Notes: generated by a model from the letters alone, not told the origin. Shown: positions 23,614-37,796, numbered from the stretch's first letter. The stretch is DNA of 64,000 bases from an uncultured delta proteobacterium (GCA_963771175.1 CAVYSY010000038.1:273103-337102), one strand, 5' to 3'. A program made the numbers and translations.

Positions 23614-25083
23614 TCACTCCCCGCTCGGGGTCGCGTCGAGCTCCCGCCGCAGCGCCTCGTGGGAAGCGGGGCGCGAGAACACCGAGCGCCCGTCCTCTGT
23701 TTTCAGCAGGGCCACCTCGTCGAGCGCGAGCTCGCGCAGGAGGAGCGGCGACTGCGTGGCCACGAGCACCTGGCTCTCCGTGGACGCACGCCGGAGCAGC
23801 CGAGCGAGCACCGACAGCATGCGCGGGTGGAGCCCCACCTCGGGCCCGTCGAGCCCCAGCAGCGGCGCCTTGCGCGGAGACAGGCACAGCGACGCGAGAC
23901 ACAGGAAGCGGAGCGTCCCCTCGGAGAGGTCCGCCAGCGTCAGCTCGTGCGCCACCCCGGCCTCGCGCCACACGCCGAGCACCGTGCCCGGCCCGCCCCG
24001 GGGTTTGACCGAGAGGGACTGGAAGGAAGGGAGGGCCTCGCGCAGGTGCGCCTCCAGCTCGCGCCACCGCTCCGGGTGCTCCACCATCAGGTGGAAGAGC
24101 ACCGCGCTCAGATTGGAGCCCTCCGACGCCAGCAGCGGCTCCGGCTCGGTGAGGACGGGACGGCGCGACGCCGAGCCCCGAGCCACCTCGAACCCCGGGT
24201 AGAAGCGCCAGCCGGAGACGAACGTCCGAAAATCATCGACGACGCGAGGCACCGGCTCGAATGCCCCCCGGAGCGCGAGCTCATTCTCCGGCAGGGTGCG
24301 GGACACCGAGAGCTGGCGGGGCCGCGGTGGCTCCCACGTCACGGTGCGAACCGTCCCCCTCCCGTGCTGGAAGTCGAGCACCGTGAAGGGCTCCGCGTCC
24401 TCGCCGCTCGCGCCCGTCCCCTCACAGACGAACCGCTCCGAGAGGACTCGCGGGCCCTCGGCGGAGGCGCCGAGGCTCACGGCGTAGTGGACGCTCCGGC
24501 CGGTGCCGCTCGTGGCACGCAGGGACAGCTGGATGCGCTCGGGGCCACCCGCTCGGAACAGCCGCTGGCCGGCGCCGCGAGGGTCCACCTCGGGAGGGAG
24601 CGGGTGCACCGCCGCGAAGGACAGCAGGGCCAGACAGTCGAGAAGCGAGGACTTGCCCGAGCCCGGGGCTCCGGAGAGGACGGTCAGGGCCCCCAGCCGC
24701 GCCTCCAATCCCTCGAGCACCCGGTACCCATCCACCCGCAGCTCCGTGAGGCGGACGGGTGCCTCCAGGGGACCCAGCGCACCGAGCCGCGCGCGGACGG
24801 ACGCGAAGCGCTCCGTCTCCAGCACCGAGGGCGCGAGCTGGATGGCCCCGACCAGGCCCGCGTCATCTCCGAAGAGGACTTCCGCGAGCCCCAACTTCGA
24901 GGCGAACACCTCCAGCGTCCGAGCCACCTCCGCCGCCGGCAGGCCCGACAGCTCGCCCAGCTCCTCGGCGGACCAGGTCTTGCCGCGGTTGCGCTGCCAG
25001 GCCTCCTTCAACGCGGGCAGCAGCCGGTCGAAGCCGGCGAGCGACTCCTCGGGGCCGAAACCCAGGGGGCCGGCGTCGCACAT
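23614..25083 (-). CDS. AAA_21/ABC-type ATPase-like protein with N-terminal extension and degenerate catalytic motifs
   Basis: GAPGSGKS; LSEGTLRFL; LDGPEVGLHP; VATQSP. Confidence 0.8.
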   Translation of the reverse strand: MCDAGPLGFGPEESLAGFDRLLPALKEAWQRNRGKTWSAEELGELSGLPAAEVARTLEVFASKLGLAEVLFGDDAGLVGAIQLAPSVLETERFASVRARLGALGPLEAPVRLTELRVDGYRVLEGLEARLGALTVLSGAPGSGKSSLLDCLALLSFAAVHPLPPEVDPRGAGQRLFRAGGPERIQLSLRATSGTGRSVHYAVSLGASAEGPRVLSERFVCEGTGASGEDAEPFTVLDFQHGRGTVRTVTWEPPRPRQLSVSRTLPENELALRGAFEPVPRVVDDFRTFVSGWRFYPGFEVARGSASRRPVLTEPEPLLASEGSNLSAVLFHLMVEHPERWRELEAHLREALPSFQSLSVKPRGGPGTVLGVWREAGVAHELTLADLSEGTLRFLCLASLCLSPRKAPLLGLDGPEVGLHPRMLSVLARLLRRASTESQVLVATQSPLLLRELALDEVALLKTEDGRSVFSRPASHEALRRELDATPSGE

Positions 25084-25242
25084 GTCCGTGACGGATGTTG
25101 GGATTCCCACGCGAGGCGGGAGGATACACGGAGCCGCGATTTCCATCCCCGGAGCGGGTGCCAGCACCGACTCGACAGGGAGACGCGCTCCTCCGCGTCA
25201 CTTCGGCCCCCGCGTCATACCGAGACGCGGGGGAGCAGCGCA

Positions 25243-25404
25243 CTACTCGGCGTCGTAACCGCCGTAGGCTTCGTTGGCGCCCCACAGACGACCGCCCGCG
25301 GTGTCATGCACCGTGATGATGGCGCCCGGCTCCTCGTCCTCACCACCCAGGGCGACGTACTCGAGCCCTTCGTCGTCCATGTACGTCCTGTCGTCGTGCA
25401 CCAT
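25243..25404 (-). CDS. small acidic protein, 53 aa (below ORF-track cutoff)
   Basis: GGAGGAG RBS before ATG; MVHDDRTYMDDEGLEYVALGGEDEEPGAIITVHDTAGGRLWGANEAYGGYDAE; GC-rich third positions. Confidence 0.6.
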   Translation of the reverse strand: MVHDDRTYMDDEGLEYVALGGEDEEPGAIITVHDTAGGRLWGANEAYGGYDAE

Positions 25405-25888
25405 GGCTCCTCCTGGCTGGGCGCTCCGTGTGCTGCCTTGGGTCGCCGGCCGACTGGCTCGCCGCCCACTTGGACGCCCGTGTTTCGGTCACCTGGGACC
25501 CACCCCATGTGGTGCCCCCAACTTCGTTGACCGATTTACCAACCAGGGTGACCATTCTTGCCCGTCTTGTAAACCCCCTGGGCAGCAAAGCAGCCGACTA
25601 CGTCGGATAGTGTACGCCCGCTTGATTTTACACATCCTCTTGTGGCAGCCCGCCCGACCCGCGCGTCCGACGGGCCGGGCGAGGGGGCTTTTTCAGCTCC
25701 GCCGGGCCCGAGGCCGCCAGGAGGCCAGCCAGGAGAGCAGCGCCAGTGCGCCCCAGAGACCCGCCGGGAAGTCGCTGCCCGAGCCCTGGCTGTGGAAGGA
25801 AGGTTGTGCTGTCAACGTGCCCCCGCCCGAGGTACGAGCGGGCCGTGCGTCAGGTAAAAACCCGCTCGACTCCAACCTGTCCGGGCAC

Positions 25889-25904
25889 TTGATTCGTGAA
25901 TCAA
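25889..25904. promoter_or_regulatory. palindromic operator candidate upstream of the Fe-S oxidoreductase
   Basis: TTGATTC-GT-GAATCAA, ~90 bp before the ATG. Confidence 0.5.
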
Positions 25905-25992
25905 CCTTGTTAGGGTTGCAGCATTACAGCAGTGCCGCAGCGCGGCATCCGGCCCCGGCCGCGCGGGCCAACGCGAGGTTCACCGAACCACC

Positions 25993-28188
25993 ATGAGTCC
26001 CATCATCACAGGCCTCCTGCTCGTCATCGGGCTCTCCATCTTCGCCATCACCATGAGCGGACGCATCGGCGTCCTGCTGGGGATGAAGAAGGAGAACCGA
26101 CTCGACCACATCCCCCAGCGAGTCGGCGCGCTCCTGCGCTTCGGCCTGGGGCAGAAGCGCATGGTGGACCCGGAGGAGTTCACTCCGGGCCTCATGCACG
26201 TGTTCATCTTCGCGGCGTTCGTGGTGCTGGCGCTGCGCACCATCATGCTGTTCGTGATGGGCTTCTCCGAGACGGCCCTGGTGCTGCTCACGGACCTGAC
26301 GGACCCCTTCTGGGTGGCCAACCCGGCGCTGCTGACCGTCTACAAGGTGTACCTGCTGGCCAAGGACGTGGTGGCGGTGGGCGCGCTGCTGGGCGTGCTC
26401 TACTTCGCGTACCTGCGCGCCAGCGTGAAGCCGGACCGCATGAGCCCCTCGTGGGAGGCCTACCTCATCCTCGGCTTCATCGGCGGGCTGATGGTGACGG
26501 AGTTCATGTTCGGCGGCAGCCACATGGTGCCGCGCGAGCAGGCGATGCCGGCGGCCACGGTCAACCTCGTGTGGTGGGAGCCGGCCACCAGCGCGATGGC
26601 CATGGCGATGGCGCCGCTGGGCTGGACCCCGGCCCACGTGCTGGGCGTGGCGGGCTTCTGGATCCACCTCACCATCATCCTGGCGTTCCTCAACTTCCTG
26701 CCGCGGGGCAAGCACTTCCACGTCATCACGGGCCTGTTCAACGTCTTCTTCCAGCGCATCCAGCCGGGCCGCACCACGCAGAGCTCGAAGCTGCCCACGC
26801 CCAACCTGGAGAAGGAGGAGTTCGGCGCCACGACGGTCAAGGACCTCACCTGGAAGCAGGGCCTGGACCTCTACTCCTGCACCGAGTGCGGCCGCTGCCA
26901 GACGCACTGCCCCACGTACATCACCGGCAAGCCGCTCACCCACAAGGGCGTGAACCAGGACCTGAAGCACTGGGCCTGGGACCACCAGATGTGGATTGAA
27001 GAGGGCCGGGGCCCGTCGGGCACCACCGAGCCGCTGCCGGAGATCATCGGCAGCGCGCTGAAGGCGGAGACGGTGTGGGCCTGCACGACCTGCGGCTGGT
27101 GCGAGACGGCCTGCCCGGTGTTCATCGAGAACGTGCCGCGCCTCATCGACATGCGCCGCTACCAGGTGCAGGTGAAGGCGGAGTTCCCGCCGGAAATCCA
27201 GCGCGTCTTCGAGGGCATGGAGCGCCAGGGCAACCCCTGGGGCATCGGCCAGGACAAGCGCGACGAGTGGGCGGAGGACCTGGCGCTGCCCACCTGGGGT
27301 GATGGCGGCGGCCCGTACGAGTACCTCTTCTTCGTGGGCTGCGCGGGCAGCTACGACGACAAGCAGAAGAAGGTGAGCCGCGCGCTGGTGAAGATTCTGC
27401 GCGAGGCCGGGGTGAGCTTCGCCACGCTCTCCAAGCAGGAGATGTGCAACGGCGACTCGGCGCGCCGCATGGGCAACGAGTACCTGTACCAGACGATGGC
27501 CAAGACGAACGTCGAGACGTGGAACAGCATGGGCGTGAAGGCGGTCATCACCCAGTGCCCGCACTGCTTCAACACCATCAAGAACGAGTACCCGGAGTTC
27601 GGCGGCGAGTACCGCGTCATCAACCACACGCAGCTCATCAACGACCTGCTGAAGGAGAAGCGGATTCAGCTCTCCCAGGTGATGAACGAGAAGCTGACGT
27701 ACCACGACCCCTGCTACCTGGGCCGGCACAACGGGGTGTACGACGCGCCCCGCGAGGTGCTGAAGGCGATTCCGGGCCTCGAGGTGGTGGAGATGCAGCG
27801 CAGCGAGCGCGAGGGCTTCTGCTGCGGCGCGGGTGGCGGCCGGATGTGGATGGAGGAGCACATCGGCACGCGCATCAACCACAACCGGGTCAACGAGGCG
27901 GCGCTGACGCTCAAGCACGCCGAGGACCCGAGCACGCCGTTCCCGTCCGCCACGGACAAGAAGAAGCCGGGCCAGGTGGGCGACTACAAGGAGCCGGGAG
28001 GCAAGGGCATAGTGGCGGTGGCCTGCCCGTTCTGCTCGACGATGCTGAACGACGCGGTGAACGACACGGGCCGCGAGGAGCGCATCAAGGTGAAGGACAT
28101 CACCGAGCTGGTGGCGGACGCCATGGAAGTGAAGCAGGGCGCCGGCACGGTGGCCCCGAGCGCCGCGGTGAACGCCAAGCCCGAGTAG
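25993..28188 (+). CDS. membrane Fe-S oxidoreductase, heterodisulfide-reductase-related (FadF/HdrD-like)
   Basis: TM N-terminus; CTECGRCQTHCP; CTTCGWCETACP; CCG domains. Confidence 0.92.
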   Translation: MSPIITGLLLVIGLSIFAITMSGRIGVLLGMKKENRLDHIPQRVGALLRFGLGQKRMVDPEEFTPGLMHVFIFAAFVVLALRTIMLFVMGFSETALVLLTDLTDPFWVANPALLTVYKVYLLAKDVVAVGALLGVLYFAYLRASVKPDRMSPSWEAYLILGFIGGLMVTEFMFGGSHMVPREQAMPAATVNLVWWEPATSAMAMAMAPLGWTPAHVLGVAGFWIHLTIILAFLNFLPRGKHFHVITGLFNVFFQRIQPGRTTQSSKLPTPNLEKEEFGATTVKDLTWKQGLDLYSCTECGRCQTHCPTYITGKPLTHKGVNQDLKHWAWDHQMWIEEGRGPSGTTEPLPEIIGSALKAETVWACTTCGWCETACPVFIENVPRLIDMRRYQVQVKAEFPPEIQRVFEGMERQGNPWGIGQDKRDEWAEDLALPTWGDGGGPYEYLFFVGCAGSYDDKQKKVSRALVKILREAGVSFATLSKQEMCNGDSARRMGNEYLYQTMAKTNVETWNSMGVKAVITQCPHCFNTIKNEYPEFGGEYRVINHTQLINDLLKEKRIQLSQVMNEKLTYHDPCYLGRHNGVYDAPREVLKAIPGLEVVEMQRSEREGFCCGAGGGRMWMEEHIGTRINHNRVNEAALTLKHAEDPSTPFPSATDKKKPGQVGDYKEPGGKGIVAVACPFCSTMLNDAVNDTGREERIKVKDITELVADAMEVKQGAGTVAPSAAVNAKPE

Positions 28189-28212
28189 TCCCCCTCACCT
28201 GAGTTGTCCCCG

Positions 28213-28251
28213 GAGGCCCGGTGACCCGATATGTGGGTCCCCGGGCCTTCG
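28213..28251. terminator. hairpin between convergent genes
   Basis: ggaggcccgg...ccgggccttc inverted repeat. Confidence 0.5.
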
Positions 28252-28265
28252 TTCATCCGGTCGGA

Positions 28266-29234
28266 CTACACGCCGCCGCCGTAGGAGGGCTCCATGGCCT
28301 TCGGCACGAGGAGGCTGACACTGCCCGAGCCACGCACCGACGCGGCGCTGATGCGGTAGACGTTGTCCACGCCGCCGTCATCGGAGAGGAAGCTCAGCTC
28401 CGTGTTGCCGCGCCAGTTCGGATAGGTGTCCTGCGCCCCGGCCTTGCCCGTCACCTGCGTCACGTTGGAGAGTTGCTGGCCAATCTGCCCCACGAAGATG
28501 CGCGAGCCGCTGGAGGTGCGGGCATCGAAGGCCACCTTCGAGCCGTCCGGCGACACCGTGACACGCGACAGCACCTCTTGCGCCTCGTTGCCCAGGGAGG
28601 TGGAGATGGGAGTCGCGGTGCCGCTCGTCACGTTCACCTGGATGAGGGAGCTGATGTTGGTGGTGGAGAAGCCGCCCGCCGCGAGCACGCTCGTGCCATT
28701 CGGCAGGAAGGAGGCCGGACCGTAGACGTAGGTGGCGTCGGTGAGGAACTGGAAGCCGCTGGCATCCGCGTTCACCCGGGCCAGCCGCCCGGCGCCATCG
28801 CCGCCGTAGACGGTGAAGACGATCGTCCTGCCATCCGGGCTGAAGGTGGGGTAGCGGAAGTCGCTGCAGTTGGTGCAGCCGGTGCTCGTGTTGGCCACCA
28901 GCGTGGAGGGCGTCCCCTGGCCGGTGGTGGGGACCGTCCGCAGCTCGACGGTGGTGCCCGACCTGAACACGAAGGCCACCAGGCCGTTGCGCGACACGGC
29001 GGGGTAGTACGCCCCACCCTGCGTGGTGAGCTGCAGCGGGGAGTTCGGATCCCCGTTGTCGTCCACCGCGAACACGTTGCGGTTGCTGTTGCCGTCACCG
29101 CGGATGAAGACGAAGCCACGGCTGAAGGCCGTACCACCCGTGCCGCCGCCGCCGAGGTCGATGTCATCGATGGGCTCGCATGCCGACAGTCCCACCGCCA
29201 CGGCCAGCCCCAGAATCCTCCACAACGCCTTCAT
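28266..29234 (-). CDS. TolB/PD40-repeat beta-propeller lipoprotein
   Basis: lipobox GLSAC; YPTFSPDG, VSPDG and YPNW repeats. Confidence 0.85.
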   Translation of the reverse strand: MKALWRILGLAVAVGLSACEPIDDIDLGGGGTGGTAFSRGFVFIRGDGNSNRNVFAVDDNGDPNSPLQLTTQGGAYYPAVSRNGLVAFVFRSGTTVELRTVPTTGQGTPSTLVANTSTGCTNCSDFRYPTFSPDGRTIVFTVYGGDGAGRLARVNADASGFQFLTDATYVYGPASFLPNGTSVLAAGGFSTTNISSLIQVNVTSGTATPISTSLGNEAQEVLSRVTVSPDGSKVAFDARTSSGSRIFVGQIGQQLSNVTQVTGKAGAQDTYPNWRGNTELSFLSDDGGVDNVYRISAASVRGSGSVSLLVPKAMEPSYGGGV

Positions 29235-29364
29235 AGACTCGTGCTCCTGTATCCAGCCCGAAAGGGGGCGCCCCGGTTCCGGGGTCACCGCGCATGGAGA
29301 CGTCCATGCGGGCGCGGCATTCAAGCACGAGCGAATGGCGGGTGCGCGCGGGGGGGAGGCTCGC

Positions 29365-29898
29365 CTACCGGTTCAGCTTGTTCAGCTCGTTCCGGCAGTT
29401 GTTGCAGAGGTTCATCTGCTTGCGATCGCAGTCCTGCGGCGTCTGGGCGAAGAACATCACGCACCGGGAGTCCTCGCAGTAGGACAGCCCGAGCAGATGC
29501 CCCGCCTGGTGGACGGCCTCCACCTGGAAGCGGCGCCGGAACTGCTCTCCATCGACGCCCTGGCGCAGCCGGGCCAGGCTCATCACCGCGCTCTTCGACT
29601 CCCGGTCGGCCTCGCCCAGCACGAAGGCCGAGTCCGGCACGAAGAGGTCCACGTCGGTGATGCCCATCACCATGGACTGCCCCGGCTCCAGCAGCGTCGC
29701 CAGCCGGCGCAGGATGGCGTTGCAGTGGTACTGCCCCCGGTCCTTGTTGAAGGCGTAGGTGGGGGTGGGCAGGGCCACCTTGCTCACCACCACCGCCAGG
29801 CCGAGCTGCAGTGAAATGGGGCCCTCCACTTCCCGGAGGAGCACCGGCGTCGGGCTACCCACGGAGACCAGCAGGAGCACCTTCTGCGGCTGCGACAT
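29365..29898 (-). CDS. archaemetzincin-like protein, predicted non-proteolytic
   Basis: ITDVDLF; HQAGHLLGLSYCEDSRCVM; LCNNC. Confidence 0.85.
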   Translation of the reverse strand: MSQPQKVLLLVSVGSPTPVLLREVEGPISLQLGLAVVVSKVALPTPTYAFNKDRGQYHCNAILRRLATLLEPGQSMVMGITDVDLFVPDSAFVLGEADRESKSAVMSLARLRQGVDGEQFRRRFQVEAVHQAGHLLGLSYCEDSRCVMFFAQTPQDCDRKQMNLCNNCRNELNKLNR

Positions 29899-29966
29899 CG
29901 GCCCACCGTCCTTGAGCATCACGGGAGCAGCGCAGGGGCTCGCGCCACCCAGGGAAAAAAGAAGGG

Positions 29967-30040
29967 TGGCTGGGGCGCAAGGATTCGAACCTTGATAATC
30001 AGATTCAAAGTCTGACGTCCTGCCATTAGACGACGCCCCA
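29967..30040 (-). tRNA. tRNA-Gln(TTG)
   Basis: TGGGGCG...TCAGA-CTTTGAA-TCTGA...GGTTCGAATCC...CGCCCCAGCCA cloverleaf with encoded CCA. Confidence 0.97.
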
Positions 30041-30240
30041 GCAAGTACGCACGGTTACGGCAGGTTCCAGATTCTATGCCATCCCCAGGGCCACGGAAAC
30101 AATTCAGTGGGGAGGTCGGCTAACCGACAGCCGGAGGAGCTGGCGGGTAGGAGCCGACCCCCCTACCCCCGCCTCCTCCAACCCCGGGGAGCATCCAGTC
30201 GCTCGCGAAGCCCCCGCACCCGGCGGGTTAGAGTCGGTGG

Positions 30241-31140
30241 ATGAAGCCCGGCATCTATCTGGCCCACAAACCGGTGGGAGCCACCAGCTTTTCCCTGGTG
30301 CACGCCTTCATGGGTGAGGTGGAGGCCGCCGGCCTCTCGCGCAAGCAACTGCCCGCCTGTCACGGCGGCACGCTCGACCCTTTCGCCGAGGGCCTGCTGC
30401 TGCTGCTGGCGGGCCCCGCCACGCACCTCATGGAGCTGCTGCACGCCGTCCCGAAGACGTACGACGCGGAGGTCGTCTGGGGGGTGGAGACGGACAATGG
30501 CGACCTGCTCGGCCGGGTCGTCCACGAGGGAGATGCCACGGCCCTCACGGCGGAGGCGCTGGACGCGGCGCTCGTCCCCTTCCTCGGTTGGAAGGACCAG
30601 GTGCCTCCCGCCACCAGTGCGAAGAAGGTGGAGGGGGAGCCCGCCTACAAGAAGGCACACCGGGGCGAGTCGGTGGAGCTGCCCCCCTCGCGCGTCTACC
30701 TCCACGAGGCGCGCTGGCTCGACCATGAGCTGCCCCGGAGGAGTCGCCTGCGCATCACCTGCCGGGGCGGCTACTACGTGCGCGCCCTCGCCCGGGACCT
30801 GGGCCGGGCGCTGGGGTGCGGGGCCCACCTCGCCCGGCTGCATCGCACGCGCATCGGCCCCTGGGAGGACCCGGGCCCGGGAGCGCGCGTCTGGCTGCAC
30901 GGCTCCGAGCTGCTGCCCTGGTGTCCCTCGCGCGTCATCGCGGGCGACGAGGTGAACGACCTCAAGCACGGGCGCACCATCCCCCTCGGAGGAGTGCGGC
31001 CCCCGGACTGGCGCCTGCCCGAGGGCTTTCCGGACCCCGAGGCCCCCGTGCGAGCCTTCCAGCGGAACCGGCTGGTGGCCCTGCTGCGCGAGCAGGACGG
31101 GGGACTGCGCACCGTCACGCACCTGTGGTCCGGGCTCTAG
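30241..31140 (+). CDS. truB: tRNA pseudouridine(55) synthase
   Basis: HKPVGATS; HGGTLDPFAEGLL; GYYVRALARDLG...LHRTRIG. Confidence 0.88.
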   Translation: MKPGIYLAHKPVGATSFSLVHAFMGEVEAAGLSRKQLPACHGGTLDPFAEGLLLLLAGPATHLMELLHAVPKTYDAEVVWGVETDNGDLLGRVVHEGDATALTAEALDAALVPFLGWKDQVPPATSAKKVEGEPAYKKAHRGESVELPPSRVYLHEARWLDHELPRRSRLRITCRGGYYVRALARDLGRALGCGAHLARLHRTRIGPWEDPGPGARVWLHGSELLPWCPSRVIAGDEVNDLKHGRTIPLGGVRPPDWRLPEGFPDPEAPVRAFQRNRLVALLREQDGGLRTVTHLWSGL

Positions 31141-31175
31141 GGCCGAGCTGCGGTCCACCCCTGGCTGCTGCTTCT

Positions 31176-35012
<3,837 letters not shown>

Positions 35013-35307
35013 CACCAGACTCGCACGGTTCGGTCCACCCCTCCAAGCCGACCGCCTCCCGAGCGCCTCGTCCGCCCGTCCGCCTGCCCCGAAATGGGGC
35101 AGACCGGGGCGACTTTTGGAGTCGGCTCCCTCATACCCGCCGTGACACTCCCTTTACTTTGGACATGAGCGTCACACGGATTTCGCGGGGCGTCACCCCG
35201 TGACGAGGCCGCCACCCGAGCGCGACGGAGGAGTGACACCCACCTCGGGCAAGTGTTGCGAGGGCTGAACGAGACCGCCACGAGGCGTCGCTATTACGGC
35301 GTGCGTC

Positions 35308-36051
35308 ATGTTCGAGACCTTCGACAGCGCCACCGACGTCCAATCGGCTCGCCGGTTCGCGCTCTCCACCGTGGCCTCGCTCGGGGTGTGTGCCCTGATC
35401 GGCGTCGCCGCGGTGGTGGTGGGCAGCCAGGTGAAGGACGTCATCAAGGAGAAGCGGGTGGACGTGGTGTTCCGTCCGCCGCCGCCTCCCGTGCCGGTGG
35501 CCGAGGTGAAGCCGCCGCCGCCCCCTCCTCCGCCGCCGCCCAAGCCCAAGGCGAAGCCGCCTCCGCCCGCGCCCACCGTCGCCGCGCCCGCGGCCATGGT
35601 GGCGCCCAAGGAGATTCCGGTGGAGAAGCCGCCCGAGGCCGATGCCGCCAACGCCGTGGCCGCCGCCCCCATCGCCGTGGGAGGCACGGGCCAACTGGTG
35701 GCGGGCGCCATCGTCACGGGGGTGGACAGCCCCGGGGTGGCCGGTGGCATGCGCCGCGCCGCGCCCATCAACCTGCCCGAGGCCGCCACACCTCCCAAGG
35801 AGCTGGAGTCCAACATCCTCCCCGACTTCCCCGCCGACATGCGCGCGAAGGGGCAGGAGGGCATGGTCATCCTGAAGCTCGTCGTCGAGGTGGATGGCCG
35901 CGTGGGCGCCATCAAGGTGATGCGCGGTGAGGAGCCCTTCGTGGGCGCCGCCCTCGCCGCGGTGAGGTCGTGGCGCTACGAGCCCGCGCTCGTCGACGGC
36001 CAGCCCACCGCCGTCTTCCGCATCGTCAAGGTCCCCTTCCGACTCAAGTAG
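35308..36051 (+). CDS. tonB: energy transducer TonB
   Basis: TM anchor, poly-Pro linker, C-terminal TonB domain (WRYEPA). Confidence 0.9.
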   Translation: MFETFDSATDVQSARRFALSTVASLGVCALIGVAAVVVGSQVKDVIKEKRVDVVFRPPPPPVPVAEVKPPPPPPPPPPKPKAKPPPPAPTVAAPAAMVAPKEIPVEKPPEADAANAVAAAPIAVGGTGQLVAGAIVTGVDSPGVAGGMRRAAPINLPEAATPPKELESNILPDFPADMRAKGQEGMVILKLVVEVDGRVGAIKVMRGEEPFVGAALAAVRSWRYEPALVDGQPTAVFRIVKVPFRLK

Positions 36052-36092
36052 GCGCCTCTCTTCCCCGCACACGCCATCCGGAGCCCCCCGCG

Positions 36093-36849
36093 ATGAATTT
36101 CAACCTGATCGAGATCTACCAGCACATGGGCTTCTTCGCCCGGTGCATCGCCTACACGCTCATCCTCTTCGCGCTGTCGTCGCTGATCGTCTTCATCGAG
36201 CGCCTCATCTACTTCTTCCGCTCCAAGGCGGCGGATCGGAAGTTCGCGGGACGCGCCGGCAAGCTGCTGGAGTCGCAGCAGCACGAGCACTTCGTCACCG
36301 AGTCCACGGCGGCCAAGGCGAGCAGCCTGGCGAAGCTGCTGGGCGGCGGGGTGAAGACGTACCTGGCCAAGAAGGCGGCGCCGCAGGGCAAGCTGGGAGC
36401 GGTGGAGCTCACCCGGCGCGAGCTGGATACGACTCTACGAGCGCGTCACGGCGGACGTGCGCCGGGGCATGAGCGTGCTGGCCTCGGTGGGCTCGGTGGC
36501 CCCGTTCGTCGGCCTGCTGGGCACGGTGGTCGGCATCATCGAGTCCTTCGACGGCATCGCCAAGGCGGGCTCCGGCGGCCTGGGCGCGGTGTCCGGCGGC
36601 ATCGCCGAGGCGCTCGTCGTCACGGCGCTCGGCCTGCTGGTGGCCATTCCCGCGGTGCTGATGTTCAACTTGCTCTCCACCCGCGCGGACGCGCTGCTGC
36701 TGTCGCTGGACCTGGCGCGCAAGGAGTTCATGGACCACCTGGAGGACGTGCACGGCGTCGCCAGCCCGGCGGTGCGCGGCGAGGGCGCGGTGGCCCTGGA
36801 CGTGGAGCGCGCCACGCGCAAGGAGGGGCTCGATGTCCGCCCGGCGTAG
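36093..36849 (+). CDS. exbB: MotA/TolQ/ExbB proton channel (frameshift near 36430)
   Basis: APFVGLLGTVVGI; GIAEALVVTALGLLVAIPA. Confidence 0.9.
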
Positions 36850-37245
36850 CCAGCTCACGCCCGAGATGAACGTGACGCCGCTGGTCGACGTGGTGCTCGT
36901 CCTCCTCATCATCTTCATGGTCGTCACGCCGCAGCTCGAGGCCGGCGCCGCGGTGGAGCTGCCCGGCGGTGATGAACCCGGACAAGGGCGAGGACAACTC
37001 GCTCACCCCCATCACCGTGAGCCTCACCACCCAGGGCGCCCTCTTCATGGATCGCAAGGAGCTGCCCGCGGGCGCAGCTCATCGAGCAGCTCAAGGCCGC
37101 CCACGAGAAGGACCCCGAGGCGCGCGTCGTGCTCAAGGCGGACCGCGCCGTGCGCTACGCCGAGGTGCGCGATGTCTTCAAGACGCTGCAGGACATCGGC
37201 TTCCCGGGCATCTCGCTGCAGGTCGTCGACCTGAAGAAGAACTAG
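36833..37245 (+). CDS. exbD: ExbD/TolR (frameshifted)
   Basis: MNVTPLVDVVLVLLIIFMV; LKADRAVRY. Confidence 0.87.
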
Positions 37246-37257
37246 GAGCACGCTGCC

Positions 37258-37698
37258 ATGGCTTTTGATCTCGGTGGCGGCAAGGGAGGCATCCGCCCGG
37301 CGATGAACGTGACGCCGCTGGTCGACGTGGTGCTCGTCCTCCTCATCATCTTCATGGTCGTCACGCCGCTGATGACCAAGCAGATGTGGCAGGACGTGCC
37401 GGGCAAGGCGGACGAGAAGGCCGAAATCACTCCGCCTCCTCCGGGCGCGCTGCCTCCCGTGGTGCTCACCGTCACCAAGACGGGCGCGGTGCAGATCAAC
37501 CGCGAGGACGTGCCGCGAGACCAGCTCGTGGCGCGGCTGCAGCGGATGATCAACGCGCGCCCGGACAAGATCGTCTTCTTCGACGCGGAGAACGACGTGC
37601 CGTACGGCAGTGCGATGGAAGTGCTGGACCTCGCGCGCGGTGGGAACCTCACCGTCGCGGTGGTGCCGGACGCCGTCGCCGAGCCCGCGGCACCGTGA
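37258..37698 (+). CDS. exbD: ExbD/TolR
   Basis: MNVTPLVDVVLVLLIIFMV; DAENDVPYG. Confidence 0.9.
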   Translation: MAFDLGGGKGGIRPAMNVTPLVDVVLVLLIIFMVVTPLMTKQMWQDVPGKADEKAEITPPPPGALPPVVLTVTKTGAVQINREDVPRDQLVARLQRMINARPDKIVFFDAENDVPYGSAMEVLDLARGGNLTVAVVPDAVAEPAAP

Positions 37699-37796
37699 CC
37701 TGAAGTCTTCGTTCCGTCCTCCGAATCCTCACATTCCATCCATTTCGTTGCCACGGGCCTCGCGTTCTCTACGCGCGCCCGTTGGTGAGGAGTCCC

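Noticed and set aside
29967..30040. tRNA-Gln as an island integration site
   Set aside because: No duplicated 3' end or adjacent integrase seen; flanks are core-like genes
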